Positions 1-9,329 of a DNA stretch of 62,292 nt are shown here, piece after piece. This DNA is from Thermostichus sp. DRC_bins_24 (lineage in GTDB: Bacteria; Cyanobacteriota; Cyanobacteriia; Thermostichales; Thermostichaceae). The position numbers and the translations under genes are program-made. A model generated the notes under the pieces. That model was not told the DNA's origin, ran no database searches, and saw nothing but the letters and a program-made list of their open reading frames with translations. The stretch is from NCBI GenBank assembly GCA_039794845.1, contig JAUQVK010000004.1, positions 1-62,292 on the forward strand. Direction: 5' to 3'. Numbering within the stretch: position 1 is the stretch's first letter; every line of letters starts with the position of its first letter.

Positions 1-262
1 GGAAGCGGAAGCCGCCTGCCAAGTCGGTCTGTCGGGGGTCGCTGACCTGGATCGGTGGCGTGGGGCAGGAATGCTCAAGAGCGATCTTGGGAAGCCCGCG
101 CTCTACCTGCTAGGGTGTTGGCGTTAGTCTGCCGCTGGGCATTGCGTCGGGAAGATGTCACTAAGGTTAAAAGTAAAGGCCCACTTGGAACCAAGACAAG
201 GGGCCTCAGGGTTTGGAAAACCAGACCAGATCAGTTCAGGGATCCGAATCAGCCTTGCGGGA

Positions 263-616
263 TCAATGCTGCAAGCGCTGAGCCAGGAGCTGTTCTTCTA
301 GGGCAGCGATGCGGTTGTAGGCGGCAGTCAACTGAGCGCTCAGCCGCTGCACCTGAGCTTCTGGGGCAATGTCATGTCCCATACTGCGACTGTTGACCAC
401 AGGCATCTCCTCATCCAGCAAAAAGCTGTGGCTACCATCTTCCACCAGATCGGAGGTGAGAACGCCGTAGCGGGAGGGGGTGGGGGTATTCTTTTTGGCA
501 TCTTGAGCAGCCAAGAGAACAGCGGCCAATTGCTCGGGCATACGCTCGATGGCAGCTTTCAGCTCCTGTATTTGCAATTCCAGATGCTCAAAATGATGCT
601 GCAATGCCTCGCTCAT
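263..616 (-). CDS. Conserved cyanobacterial hypothetical coiled-coil protein
   Basis: 117-aa ORF; C-terminal QVQRLSAQLTAAYNRIAALEEQLL resembles a widespread cyanobacterial hypothetical family. Confidence 0.8.
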   Translation of the reverse strand: MSEALQHHFEHLELQIQELKAAIERMPEQLAAVLLAAQDAKKNTPTPSRYGVLTSDLVEDGSHSFLLDEEMPVVNSRSMGHDIAPEAQVQRLSAQLTAAYNRIAALEEQLLAQRLQH

Positions 617-720
617 AACGGCCCTATTATCTGACTACCTTCATTGAAAGAGGCAAATTCCTCGTCTGCCCCTTCTTCCTCCAGATCATTTAACGATTGG
701 GGCTGTGGTTCAATCGACAT
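613..720 (-). CDS. Putative 35-aa acidic small protein (not in ORF track)
   Basis: MSIEPQPQSLNDLEEEGADEEFASFNEGSQIIGPL*; TGA overlaps the next ATG (ATGA); in-frame GTG at 726 has AAGGA 5 nt upstream. Confidence 0.4.
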   Translation of the reverse strand: MSIEPQPQSLNDLEEEGADEEFASFNEGSQIIGPL

Positions 721-954
721 GCTCACAGATTTCCTTAAGATCGGACTGTCAGATGAGATTCAACCCAGGGATCCCCGTTCGCTTGGTGGCATCAGCCTTT
801 GACAGGGATCCAAAAAGCTGTCAACTTGACGATTGAAGCTGACTCAAGGGGAGATCAATCCCTGTGACAATCCACAATTGAGGCACGCTTTCTCCAACCC
901 ATTTTTGTATTTGGTTCAATTCATTTCTATTTCCCAGACAAAAAGACTGTAGAT

Positions 955-2070
955 ATGCCGGATGATTTTCGAGAAACCCAGCAGCGAGGCTACACTCTCC
1001 CCGTCTTTGCGGTTGCCTCTGCCAAAGCAGCTCTCCATCACCTGGTGGGGATCCCATTGGAAAAAGAATCGGAGCAATTCAGCATTGCTGTGCAGATTGA
1101 ACCTGAGCCCCACGCGCCGGCAGATTGGGTCAGAATCCCGGTGGAGCAGCGGGCTTGTCTGGGGGGGAAAACAGCGTTGGCCATCACCCGCTCAGATCCC
1201 GGTCCTCATTTGGATTTAACCCGAGATACCCCCATTTGGGCTTGGGTAAGTTTGGAGCCTTTTGTTCCAAATAGTCCCCCTTTGGTCTTAGAAGCTGGAG
1301 AAGGATTGGGTCGACAAACGGATGGAAATCCGGCTATTTACGCCTATGCCAAGCGGTTGTTTGAGATCAATCTGTTGCCAGGGATCCCGCCAAATTGCCG
1401 GTTACGGGTACGTATTATTTTGCCGGAGGGGAAAGCCTTGGCGGAACGGACTTCAAACGCGGCTTTTGGGGTGCTGGAGGGGCTGGCCCTTTTGGGGACT
1501 CGCGGCGTGGTGGAGCCATCCACGACCGAAGACCGTTTGGAAAAAGCTCGCCAAGACTTGCAACTCAAGCTGGAAAACCACAAAGATTTGGCCTTTTGTG
1601 TGGGCAGCCATGGGCAACAGGTGGCGCTGCGGCTAGGGATCCCAGCAGAGCAGGTTCTGTTGGTGGCCAATTGGATCGGGCCTTTGTTGGTGGAAGCGGC
1701 GCTGCGGGGGGCAGATTCCATTCATTTGCTGGGCTACCACGGCAAGTTGATCAAGCTGGCGGGGGGAATTTTTAATACCTCCAGCCATGTGGCCGATGCC
1801 CGCCTGGAAATTTTGGCGGCAATGCTCATTCGTTGTGGGGGAACGGCTGAACAGGCACGGCAGGTGCTCGGGTTTGGAACGGTAGATGCCGCTGTGCAGT
1901 ATTTGAACGGCCTGGGTTGGGCGACCGCGGTGATGCAGGGGTTGACCCGGCAAATCTTGGAACGAACTGGGCGCTATATCCAGAAATATGCCAATCGGTC
2001 TTTGCGGCTAAGGGTTACGTTGTTCGATCGGCAGGGGCAAATCCTTGGCCAGGCAGGGATCCCAGAATAA
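955..2070 (+). CDS. cbiD: Cobalt-precorrin-5B C1-methyltransferase
   Basis: [61 protein letters not shown] motifs. Confidence 0.95.
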   Translation: MPDDFRETQQRGYTLPVFAVASAKAALHHLVGIPLEKESEQFSIAVQIEPEPHAPADWVRIPVEQRACLGGKTALAITRSDPGPHLDLTRDTPIWAWVSLEPFVPNSPPLVLEAGEGLGRQTDGNPAIYAYAKRLFEINLLPGIPPNCRLRVRIILPEGKALAERTSNAAFGVLEGLALLGTRGVVEPSTTEDRLEKARQDLQLKLENHKDLAFCVGSHGQQVALRLGIPAEQVLLVANWIGPLLVEAALRGADSIHLLGYHGKLIKLAGGIFNTSSHVADARLEILAAMLIRCGGTAEQARQVLGFGTVDAAVQYLNGLGWATAVMQGLTRQILERTGRYIQKYANRSLRLRVTLFDRQGQILGQAGIPE

Positions 2071-2126
2071 AAAAGGATCCCTCGCCAGAAGGATCCCGAA
2101 GGGTTATTCAGATTGTCTTAGGTGGG

Positions 2127-5100
2127 TTAGTCGAATCGGGTTCGGAAACTGAAGTTAACCGGATTGGCCAAAGGTACCCCACTCAAGCTGGTGACCCCGC
2201 CTGCCGGGAAGGTGACATCGTAGAGAGTGAGTCGATTCAACAGCGTGCCTCGACCACTGACGGTGAGGATGAAGCGGTTCCCCTCAATGGCCACCCGGGG
2301 GCTGGTGGCGATATCGGTGGTGCGGGTATCGAGAATGGGCAACAGCCGCCGCCGCAAGACAAGGGTTCCCGTTCCTCTCTGGATGGGTTGATCGAAGGTG
2401 AGGATGATTTGGGTATCTCGGGGTACGCCAATTGCGCCATTGGCCGGGGTCGTGGAAACCACCACGGGTGCAACCGGATCAGTCGGGCCACTGCCTGTTG
2501 GGTTCAAGCCGACGATCACCGGGTCGTGGTCGGAAGACCGGAAGGGATCATCGGAGTAGAACAGGCTCTGTTGAGTGGGGCTCTTGAAACTGAGGCCATA
2601 ATCCAAACTCACAGGCTCATCGGCGTTAATGTGCCACTTATCTGATCCGGTGACCTGGCTGTTGAGGCTGCTGTTGGCCAGGGCATGGTCTAGGGATCCC
2701 CACTGCCCTTGGAAGCTGAAGGAGTAGCTGTTGGGGCCATTGAGGTTGGTGAATCCACCCGCCTCTAGGGTTTTGATCGGGTCTTCCATGGCGTAGGCGT
2801 TGATATCCCCCATGATCAACACGTCCGGATCCGTGGAACCGGTGGGGTTGGTGGTCAACCAGGTGAGGATTTGCTGGGCCGCACGGGTGCGGTTGCCGTT
2901 GCAGTTGCCCTGGAAGGGATCATTGTCGGCAGGGTCACAAGGGGATCCCTTGGATTTGAGGTGATTCACTACGGCAGTAAAGTCTGCGCCAGTGCTCTTT
3001 TGTCGGAAGGTGACCGCAATGGGAGGCCGATGGCGGCGACCGGGGCCTTGCTGCAATTCTCCGGTTTCCAGCAGAGCCGGAACCGTACCGGGGGCAATTT
3101 CCACCGTGGCGGGCTTGTAGATAAAGCCGTTGGTGATGGCATCGCCGCCGACGGTCGGGACGCCCAAGTTCACGAGTTCGTAAGTGCCGGATCCCATGAC
3201 AGCGTTGAGACCATTGACCAAATCCTGAATGGCGCTAGCTGGCCCAAAGCCATCATTCTCGAGCTCGATTAGGCCCAAAATATCGGCGTTGATCAGGCGA
3301 ATGGCATTGATGATTTTGTCCCGTTGTCGGGTGAACTCGGTGGCATTGCTGGCCCCACGACAATCCGATGGGATGGGGAAACAGTTGCCGCTGCCGAAGG
3401 TGTTGAAGTAGTTGAGCACGTTGAAGCTGGCAACTTTCAGGGATCCCCCGACGGCGGGCGGAGTTTGTGGCCGAGGATTGGTAGCTACAAAAGTGGGCAG
3501 ATTGTTGGGGTCGTTGGGGTGAATGCGGTAGTCGATGGTGGCATCGAGAGCCTCTTGGGTTCCCCCAATGTTGCGGCCCCGCAACTGCGTCATTATCCCG
3601 GTGATGTTGCTGACGCGATCGCCACCGCGTACCGTATTGGCGGCGCTGAGGCCCGCAGGGGCAGGGTAGATGACCGGATCGGGGTTTTGGGTCAAGAGGC
3701 GGTCATCGATGCGGATGCGGCGGTTGTTATTTTGTTCCTGCAGAACCGGAGCCTGGCCGGGATCGGCAATCTGGGTGGGGGTAAACAACCGTCCACCTGT
3801 GGCGACACTCAGTTCCCCATGCCGCCCCAACAGAAAAGAATCCGTCACAAAAAGGGGCTGCTCCCCAAAGGTGACCAACATGCCCTCCAGGGCTTCCCGC
3901 TCATTGGGGGTAAGGGGCAGGTTGATCGGTACGGGAGTGGGCAAGGGATTGTCAGAACTGCAGATGGCGAAGTTGTTAAAGACATTGGTGAGCTGGGTTT
4001 GTTGCCGGAACTCCGCCACTGTGCCTGTTACCTGCACGGCATCCCCAAGGTTGACAGTGTTGGCGGTGCTGCTGAACACAAAAATGCCATCGGAAGTGGT
4101 GGGATCCCCATCTCCAGCATCTTGCACATAATAGCCCTGTAGGTAGGTTTGGCCGGCCACGCCTTCGTTTTCAAAGTCGCCCACCACAATGCCAGAAATG
4201 GTGCGGGTTTGGCCCACAATTGGCGAGGCGAAGCCATTGCCCTGAATAGCGCCAATGGGAGTAAGGGTGACATTGGGATCGCACCCTCCACCGGGTTGGC
4301 CACCGCCGGATCCCTCCGCAAAGCTGACGCTATCCACCCGCCAACGAGAGGCGGAGCCGGAACCTGTACCCGAAGACTGATAGCGGAAGGCAACATAAAC
4401 CGGGCTTGTGGACGGGATCCCCGACAGATCAATCTCGCCGGAATCGACAAAGGTGCCTGTAGAGACGTTGGGAATGGTCAGAGCCGTCCAGTTGGCAGCA
4501 TTCACCGCCGCTGCAGTGCCCGCACCCCTGTAGTCGGTGGAGTAGAGAACGCTCAACTGTGGGAAAGGAATGCCATTGTCGCTGAAGGAACTCTCATTGC
4601 GGAAGGTCAGGGCGGGATTGTTAACAGAAGCCAGGTTCAACGGTGGCGTAATCAGCCAATCATTGGCCGGCAGCTGACCGCCAAAATTGTTGGCCTCCGC
4701 CAAAGAGTTGACACACCGCCAGGAACGGGTGGTGTCCCCATCCCCATCCACAATTTGCCAGCCCGCCGGGGCAGGGCTACAGGAGTCAAAACCTTCGGTT
4801 AGGGGTAGGTTGACCGCAGACGGTGGGGTAGGTGTCGGAGAAGGAGAGGGTGTCGGTGTGGGATCCCCGCCACAAAGCGCTGGGTTAGCGGCAGCGCTGT
4901 AGCTCAGCTCAACATCATCGATGCCGAAACTATCGCGGGATCCCGAGCCGGTCGAGGCAGAAAGGGCGGCAACGCGAATATAAACCGATTCACACTGATT
5001 GTTGATATCAGTGCCGAAGGGACTTAACCCATTGCCGGTGGCCAAGGTGGTGGATCCAAATTGGCCTGGATCCGAGAAGATTCCCAGAGCGGTGAAGGAG

Positions 5101-5723
5101 CCGCTGTTGCCCACCCGATAGTCTACAGTCCAGGTGGTAGAACGGGGCTGCACACTCAACATTTGGGCTTTCAGAGACAGGCTAAAGTTTTCCAAGCCCG
5201 CGGTGTCATCGATCTCGAAGACAAAGGCCGCTCCCGGATCCCCGAAGGTGCCCGTTTGCCGGATCCCCAAAGCTCGATCGAGCGCTGTGCTCTGCTCTGC
5301 TGCCGTTGCCGCTTCCCCCAAAGTTCCATCGCCGGAGGCAAAGTTCTTAAACCTCCCCGCGGTGTCCGCCCAAGCGGTGGGGATGGTATTAAAGGTTTGC
5401 TCAGTGCCCAATTGGGTTGCGGTTGCCCCGGTGCGCACCGTCCACCCGGCGGGCAAGCCAGAACCAATCTCATCAAAAGTTTGCGTGTAGGAGGTACCCG
5501 AGAGCGCCAAGTAGCCGGAGGCAGAAGAAACTTCGCCGGTGGTCAACTCTTCAATCACAAACTCTTCAATCACAGAGGAGCTGGTGGAGGTTCGTTCGGG
5601 TGCTACCGCCAGCGGGGATCCGGAGCCACATCCTTTCAAAGACACCAGCAGGGCCAAGCCAAAGGTGATCGCCACCCAAAGTTGACCAACACGGCGCCAA
5701 GCCGCCTGAGACCAAGGCTGCAT
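2127..5723 (-). CDS. ExeM/NucH family extracellular endonuclease, multidomain probable lipoprotein
   Basis: Lipobox-like LKGC; PT linker; DWLITP beta-sandwich; OB-fold (DGDPTTSDGIFV); EEP domain (VASFNVLNYF, NHLKSKG, GDINAY, LDH, SSDHDPV); C-terminal Ig-like domain. GGAGG precedes ATG 5723 (track start 5765). Confidence 0.93.
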   Translation of the reverse strand: MQPWSQAAWRRVGQLWVAITFGLALLVSLKGCGSGSPLAVAPERTSTSSSVIEEFVIEELTTGEVSSASGYLALSGTSYTQTFDEIGSGLPAGWTVRTGATATQLGTEQTFNTIPTAWADTAGRFKNFASGDGTLGEAATAAEQSTALDRALGIRQTGTFGDPGAAFVFEIDDTAGLENFSLSLKAQMLSVQPRSTTWTVDYRVGNSGSFTALGIFSDPGQFGSTTLATGNGLSPFGTDINNQCESVYIRVAALSASTGSGSRDSFGIDDVELSYSAAANPALCGGDPTPTPSPSPTPTPPSAVNLPLTEGFDSCSPAPAGWQIVDGDGDTTRSWRCVNSLAEANNFGGQLPANDWLITPPLNLASVNNPALTFRNESSFSDNGIPFPQLSVLYSTDYRGAGTAAAVNAANWTALTIPNVSTGTFVDSGEIDLSGIPSTSPVYVAFRYQSSGTGSGSASRWRVDSVSFAEGSGGGQPGGGCDPNVTLTPIGAIQGNGFASPIVGQTRTISGIVVGDFENEGVAGQTYLQGYYVQDAGDGDPTTSDGIFVFSSTANTVNLGDAVQVTGTVAEFRQQTQLTNVFNNFAICSSDNPLPTPVPINLPLTPNEREALEGMLVTFGEQPLFVTDSFLLGRHGELSVATGGRLFTPTQIADPGQAPVLQEQNNNRRIRIDDRLLTQNPDPVIYPAPAGLSAANTVRGGDRVSNITGIMTQLRGRNIGGTQEALDATIDYRIHPNDPNNLPTFVATNPRPQTPPAVGGSLKVASFNVLNYFNTFGSGNCFPIPSDCRGASNATEFTRQRDKIINAIRLINADILGLIELENDGFGPASAIQDLVNGLNAVMGSGTYELVNLGVPTVGGDAITNGFIYKPATVEIAPGTVPALLETGELQQGPGRRHRPPIAVTFRQKSTGADFTAVVNHLKSKGSPCDPADNDPFQGNCNGNRTRAAQQILTWLTTNPTGSTDPDVLIMGDINAYAMEDPIKTLEAGGFTNLNGPNSYSFSFQGQWGSLDHALANSSLNSQVTGSDKWHINADEPVSLDYGLSFKSPTQQSLFYSDDPFRSSDHDPVIVGLNPTGSGPTDPVAPVVVSTTPANGAIGVPRDTQIILTFDQPIQRGTGTLVLRRRLLPILDTRTTDIATSPRVAIEGNRFILTVSGRGTLLNRLTLYDVTFPAGGVTSLSGVPLANPVNFSFRTRFD

Positions 5724-5800
5724 CACTCTTCCTCCATACCCATCGCAAGGGATCCCTCTTTTCATGCCCTTCCATCAGTACCATCCCCAAGGGCGATCCA

Positions 5801-5830
5801 GAGTAAAGGCTGAGTTAAGCCCTGCTTAAG
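5801..5830 (-). promoter_or_regulatory. Pho box (SphR/PhoB site)
   Basis: Minus strand CTTAAGCA-ggg-CTTAACTC-agc-CTTTACTC: three 8-mers at 11-bp period resembling the cyanobacterial consensus CTTAACCT, upstream of the nuclease. Confidence 0.7.
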
Positions 5831-5878
5831 AGGTCAAGATTTCGTGAAGAAGAACGTCTCTGCAGGAAGGGTGTCAAG

Positions 5879-7342
5879 TTAATCCCCCAGTTCGGGATCC
5901 GGGCGAACCCGTACTTCCATCTGTCGCAACAAGCGCAGGGATCCCTCCGGCCCGTCGATCATCTGCTGCTCGTTGATCCAGTAGGTGGCAATGCCCAGAT
6001 CCTCCAAAAAGTCGATGTACGGAGCAGGGGGTGGCCCGTCGAAAACGGCAGCCTTTTGCACGGAAAAGCCCTGTTCAATCCAAGGCCCAAGGGCAAAGCG
6101 TTCGTAGTACAACAACTGCCCCACCACCTCCTGGAGGCTTTCTGCCGCATCCTTGTGATTGAGCAGCTTCACCTCCGCCAGGAGCAAATGGTCTTCTGCT
6201 ACCGCCAGAAAGTCGAAGGTATGCTGGTCTTCCCGAACCTCCAACCCTGCCAGGCGGAACCAGCGGCGGAAATGGTGCAAAATCTCGTTGTGGCGATCAC
6301 TGCGCTCCAACTGACGGCGACGACGACGTTCGGCCATCATCGGATCCGCCGCGGAACTGTGGGGGATCCCACTGCTGCGAAATTGGGGCGGTTCATCGGG
6401 ATCCAAAACCACCCTGCCCCCGGCCGGTTGATGGAGTAGAGGGGGCATCTGCGGCAAATGAGCGGATCCCCAGTGCATTTCCGGTTGCTCGGCCCAGGTG
6501 AGCAGGTGTCGATTCAGGGGGTGATCGGGGTGGGTATCAAACAGCTGACGAAACTGTGCCTGGCCGAACTGAAAGTCCAGACGAAATTGCTCGATGGAAA
6601 TGTGGCTGCGCCCCTGTTGCAGCATCTCCTGGCCAAAGTAGAGCATCACCAACAGCGGATAAACCGGCAGCGGGCGATGGGTAGGGAGCAACATCGCCCA
6701 CATGCTATCCGTCCAGTGGGGGAGCAAAATCTCCGCCTGTTTGCCTTTACCCACCACCTGCAACATTTTGGGGTGTCCCGGCTGCCAACCGCAGGGATGA
6801 TCGTCGAAGCCGCAGGTTTGCCGCCCCTGATCCACACTCAGGGGGTAGCGCCCATCGTAAATCCGAAAGGGGCAGAGATCTCGGTCTTCTGCCAAAAAAC
6901 GTTCGTCCTGCCAGAGGTGGGCTGCGAGGGCGTGACAGCCAATCCCCTCCTGGCTGTTGCAACCTTTGAGCCAGCGCCGTTCCGCCAATTTGCCCCCCAC
7001 TGTACTGGGGGCCAGAGGCCGCACCAAGCCATTTTCCGATTGGTTAAACAGGGGCCAAACCAAGGGATCCCCGCTCTCGGGTAGGGTGGGCAAGGAAGGA
7101 TGGGTTTTGGTGTAAAAGGGATCGCAAATGTGCTGGGCAACTTGCTGTAGGGGCAATCCGTGGGCGGATCCCACCCAAGGCAGCAGGGATCCCGAGCCGG
7201 CTTGGGCGCGATGATATTGAATCGCCAAGGCCACTTCCACCCCAACCGGACGCAGCTCAGGGGTTAACTGCCGATAGCGTTGCAGAAGCCGTGAAGCCTG
7301 TACAAACAGGTCGTAGCGCTGAACTGGAACTGCGTCAACCAT
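5879..7342 (-). CDS. Uncharacterised protein with C-terminal PD-(D/E)XK nuclease domain
   Basis: 487 aa; C-terminal FDFL...LAEVK...QEVVGQLLYY; N-terminal ~300 aa not recognised. Confidence 0.75.
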   Translation of the reverse strand: MVDAVPVQRYDLFVQASRLLQRYRQLTPELRPVGVEVALAIQYHRAQAGSGSLLPWVGSAHGLPLQQVAQHICDPFYTKTHPSLPTLPESGDPLVWPLFNQSENGLVRPLAPSTVGGKLAERRWLKGCNSQEGIGCHALAAHLWQDERFLAEDRDLCPFRIYDGRYPLSVDQGRQTCGFDDHPCGWQPGHPKMLQVVGKGKQAEILLPHWTDSMWAMLLPTHRPLPVYPLLVMLYFGQEMLQQGRSHISIEQFRLDFQFGQAQFRQLFDTHPDHPLNRHLLTWAEQPEMHWGSAHLPQMPPLLHQPAGGRVVLDPDEPPQFRSSGIPHSSAADPMMAERRRRRQLERSDRHNEILHHFRRWFRLAGLEVREDQHTFDFLAVAEDHLLLAEVKLLNHKDAAESLQEVVGQLLYYERFALGPWIEQGFSVQKAAVFDGPPPAPYIDFLEDLGIATYWINEQQMIDGPEGSLRLLRQMEVRVRPDPELGD

Positions 7343-7530
7343 AGTGCTGCAGAAAAGGGCTCCGCACCGCCTTGGGTAAAAGCTGCCATGGACACTCGCC
7401 TCGTCTCAAAAGCAGAGGCTATCGCAAGAGGATGAGCACTCCCTAACCGGCGTAGGGATATTCCCTGATTCCGCCAGGCTTCGAGTCAGTTGTCAGTGTA
7501 ATGGAGAAACCCAGGGGTGAGAAGATTTCG

Positions 7531-8925
7531 CTACTGCCGGGGCCACCGGGGAAAGCGAAAGGGGCGCTCGGTTTCCGCATCACGGTCGTACTCGGTGGGT
7601 CGGCCTGTATTGCCCTGAATCACCAAGCTGCCCACATAGTCCGCCTCTTGATACACACGGGCAATCTGTTCATGAATCTGAGCCATATCTTCGGCAGAAA
7701 CCACACCGTTGCTGGTGCCCTTGTAAAACTGAACCGTCACCCGAATCGGAAAGCGCGGATCCCGTTCGATCGGTAGGTTGTCGATCTCGGTAAAGGGGCC
7801 TTCCACCTCCCCATGGCCGATGACAGCGGCTTCCACATTGCTACGGCCCGCCATACCCGACTCGGCACTCATCAACGCCTGTGGGGCAGCCGGTACGGCA
7901 AAAGTCTGGAAATCCTGCTGAGGCTGTCGTTGTTTGAGAGGCACCTGGATCAGCATCACCATGTTCAGGGCTTCTTCTGCTACCTCTACCGAGTTGGGAT
8001 CCCGTGGGGTGGGGTCGGCGGCTTGCTCGGCTTGGAAATCCCTGAGGCGTTGTCCAGTCAAACTGGCCCGTTCGCCATTGTTGTTGAAGAAGAGGCGTTG
8101 CCCCCAGGTGTAGCCTGCCTCAAAACCTTGCGGACCAGAATCCAGTCCGCCATCCCCTCGATTGTCAACAACGGCGATGCTGGTACCCTCCCTAGTGGCC
8201 AGGATCGTCAGCACGGCTGGATTGCCAGGGTAAGACTGGTAGTTGAAGAGAACCGGGTTAAATTGGGCGGATCCCCCTTGGGGAATGGGCAAAAAGGCCG
8301 CCTGTGCACTCACCAAAACATGGCTATCCCGCGGGGCCAACAAAGACCGACGGTTGCCTGCCCAAGAGCTGCCATCGTGTAGGTAGCGGCGCAAATCAGC
8401 CAGTAGGTCGCGCAACGGGACAGGTTGCAGATCCGCTCCTTTTTCATTGCCCAGCAGCAGCCTTAACCCGTCTATCGGCAGATCGGCAGATAGATCGGTG
8501 AAATTGGGGTAGCGAATCACGGGCATGAGGCTGAGTTCGTAGCGGCCCGTTGCAGGATTGAACTGCTGCACTTGAATGGTCATGTCGCTGATGTTGGGGC
8601 CAAGGGCGGATCCCTTGTGGCGTCCGGTGTCTTCCCAGGTGACGTTGACAATATCCAGTCCATACCGCTGGGCTAGGGCACGAGCTTGGGGATCCCCGGC
8701 CATCGAAACGGTTTGGTCGATCACCTGCTTATAGGCTTGGTAGGCTTGCCATTCGGCAACAAGGGGGGGTGGGGCGGGGCGAGTCTGGGGGGTTTGGCCG
8801 AGCAGAAAATCCAATGGAGTGGCCTCAGAGGTCGGAACAAAAGCCGTCGGGGCGAGGGCTGCTCCAGCCAGGGAAATGCCAACCCAGCTCAACGAACGGA
8901 ATAGCCATGTCATGGGGGTGTGCAT
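7531..8925 (-). CDS. Uncharacterised secreted protein
   Basis: Long ORF; signal-peptide-like N-terminus from ATG 8925/8913 (track start 9078 probably too long); motif WEDTGRHKGSALGPNISDMT. Confidence 0.8.
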   Translation of the reverse strand: MHTPMTWLFRSLSWVGISLAGAALAPTAFVPTSEATPLDFLLGQTPQTRPAPPPLVAEWQAYQAYKQVIDQTVSMAGDPQARALAQRYGLDIVNVTWEDTGRHKGSALGPNISDMTIQVQQFNPATGRYELSLMPVIRYPNFTDLSADLPIDGLRLLLGNEKGADLQPVPLRDLLADLRRYLHDGSSWAGNRRSLLAPRDSHVLVSAQAAFLPIPQGGSAQFNPVLFNYQSYPGNPAVLTILATREGTSIAVVDNRGDGGLDSGPQGFEAGYTWGQRLFFNNNGERASLTGQRLRDFQAEQAADPTPRDPNSVEVAEEALNMVMLIQVPLKQRQPQQDFQTFAVPAAPQALMSAESGMAGRSNVEAAVIGHGEVEGPFTEIDNLPIERDPRFPIRVTVQFYKGTSNGVVSAEDMAQIHEQIARVYQEADYVGSLVIQGNTGRPTEYDRDAETERPFRFPRWPRQ

Positions 8926-9329
8926 AACCGGATCCCTTGTGGATGTGGGGAAGGATGCTATGACCCTAACCCTGGGAAAGGCCAAGGCTCTGACGGTTTC
9001 ACTTTTGGCAACAGGATCCGATTCCATAGGGCAAGCATCTCTACAATCTGATGTGCAATTCCTCCAGATCCCGAGCACTTCGTTCTTTGTTGCGCTCTCT
9101 CTTTGCAGCCTTTCCCGACTTTACAAAGAGCCTTGTGACCCAGAGGCTGGGTCACCTTAGATTGAAAGATCAGGCTGCAACCCTGTCAGGCAACCGCCTG
9201 AAATAGCCATAACGCCGGAAAAGGCTGTATGCGGCTTGAGCTGCAAAACCGATCCGTGGGATAACTCTGGTCGCCTTCCCGCTGGATTTGATAGATTCCA
9301 TCCATCGAGCGCAGCCAGAAGAGCAGGCT

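Noticed and set aside
730..954. Cobalamin riboswitch upstream of cbiD
   Set aside because: No B12-box or other conserved core motifs seen.
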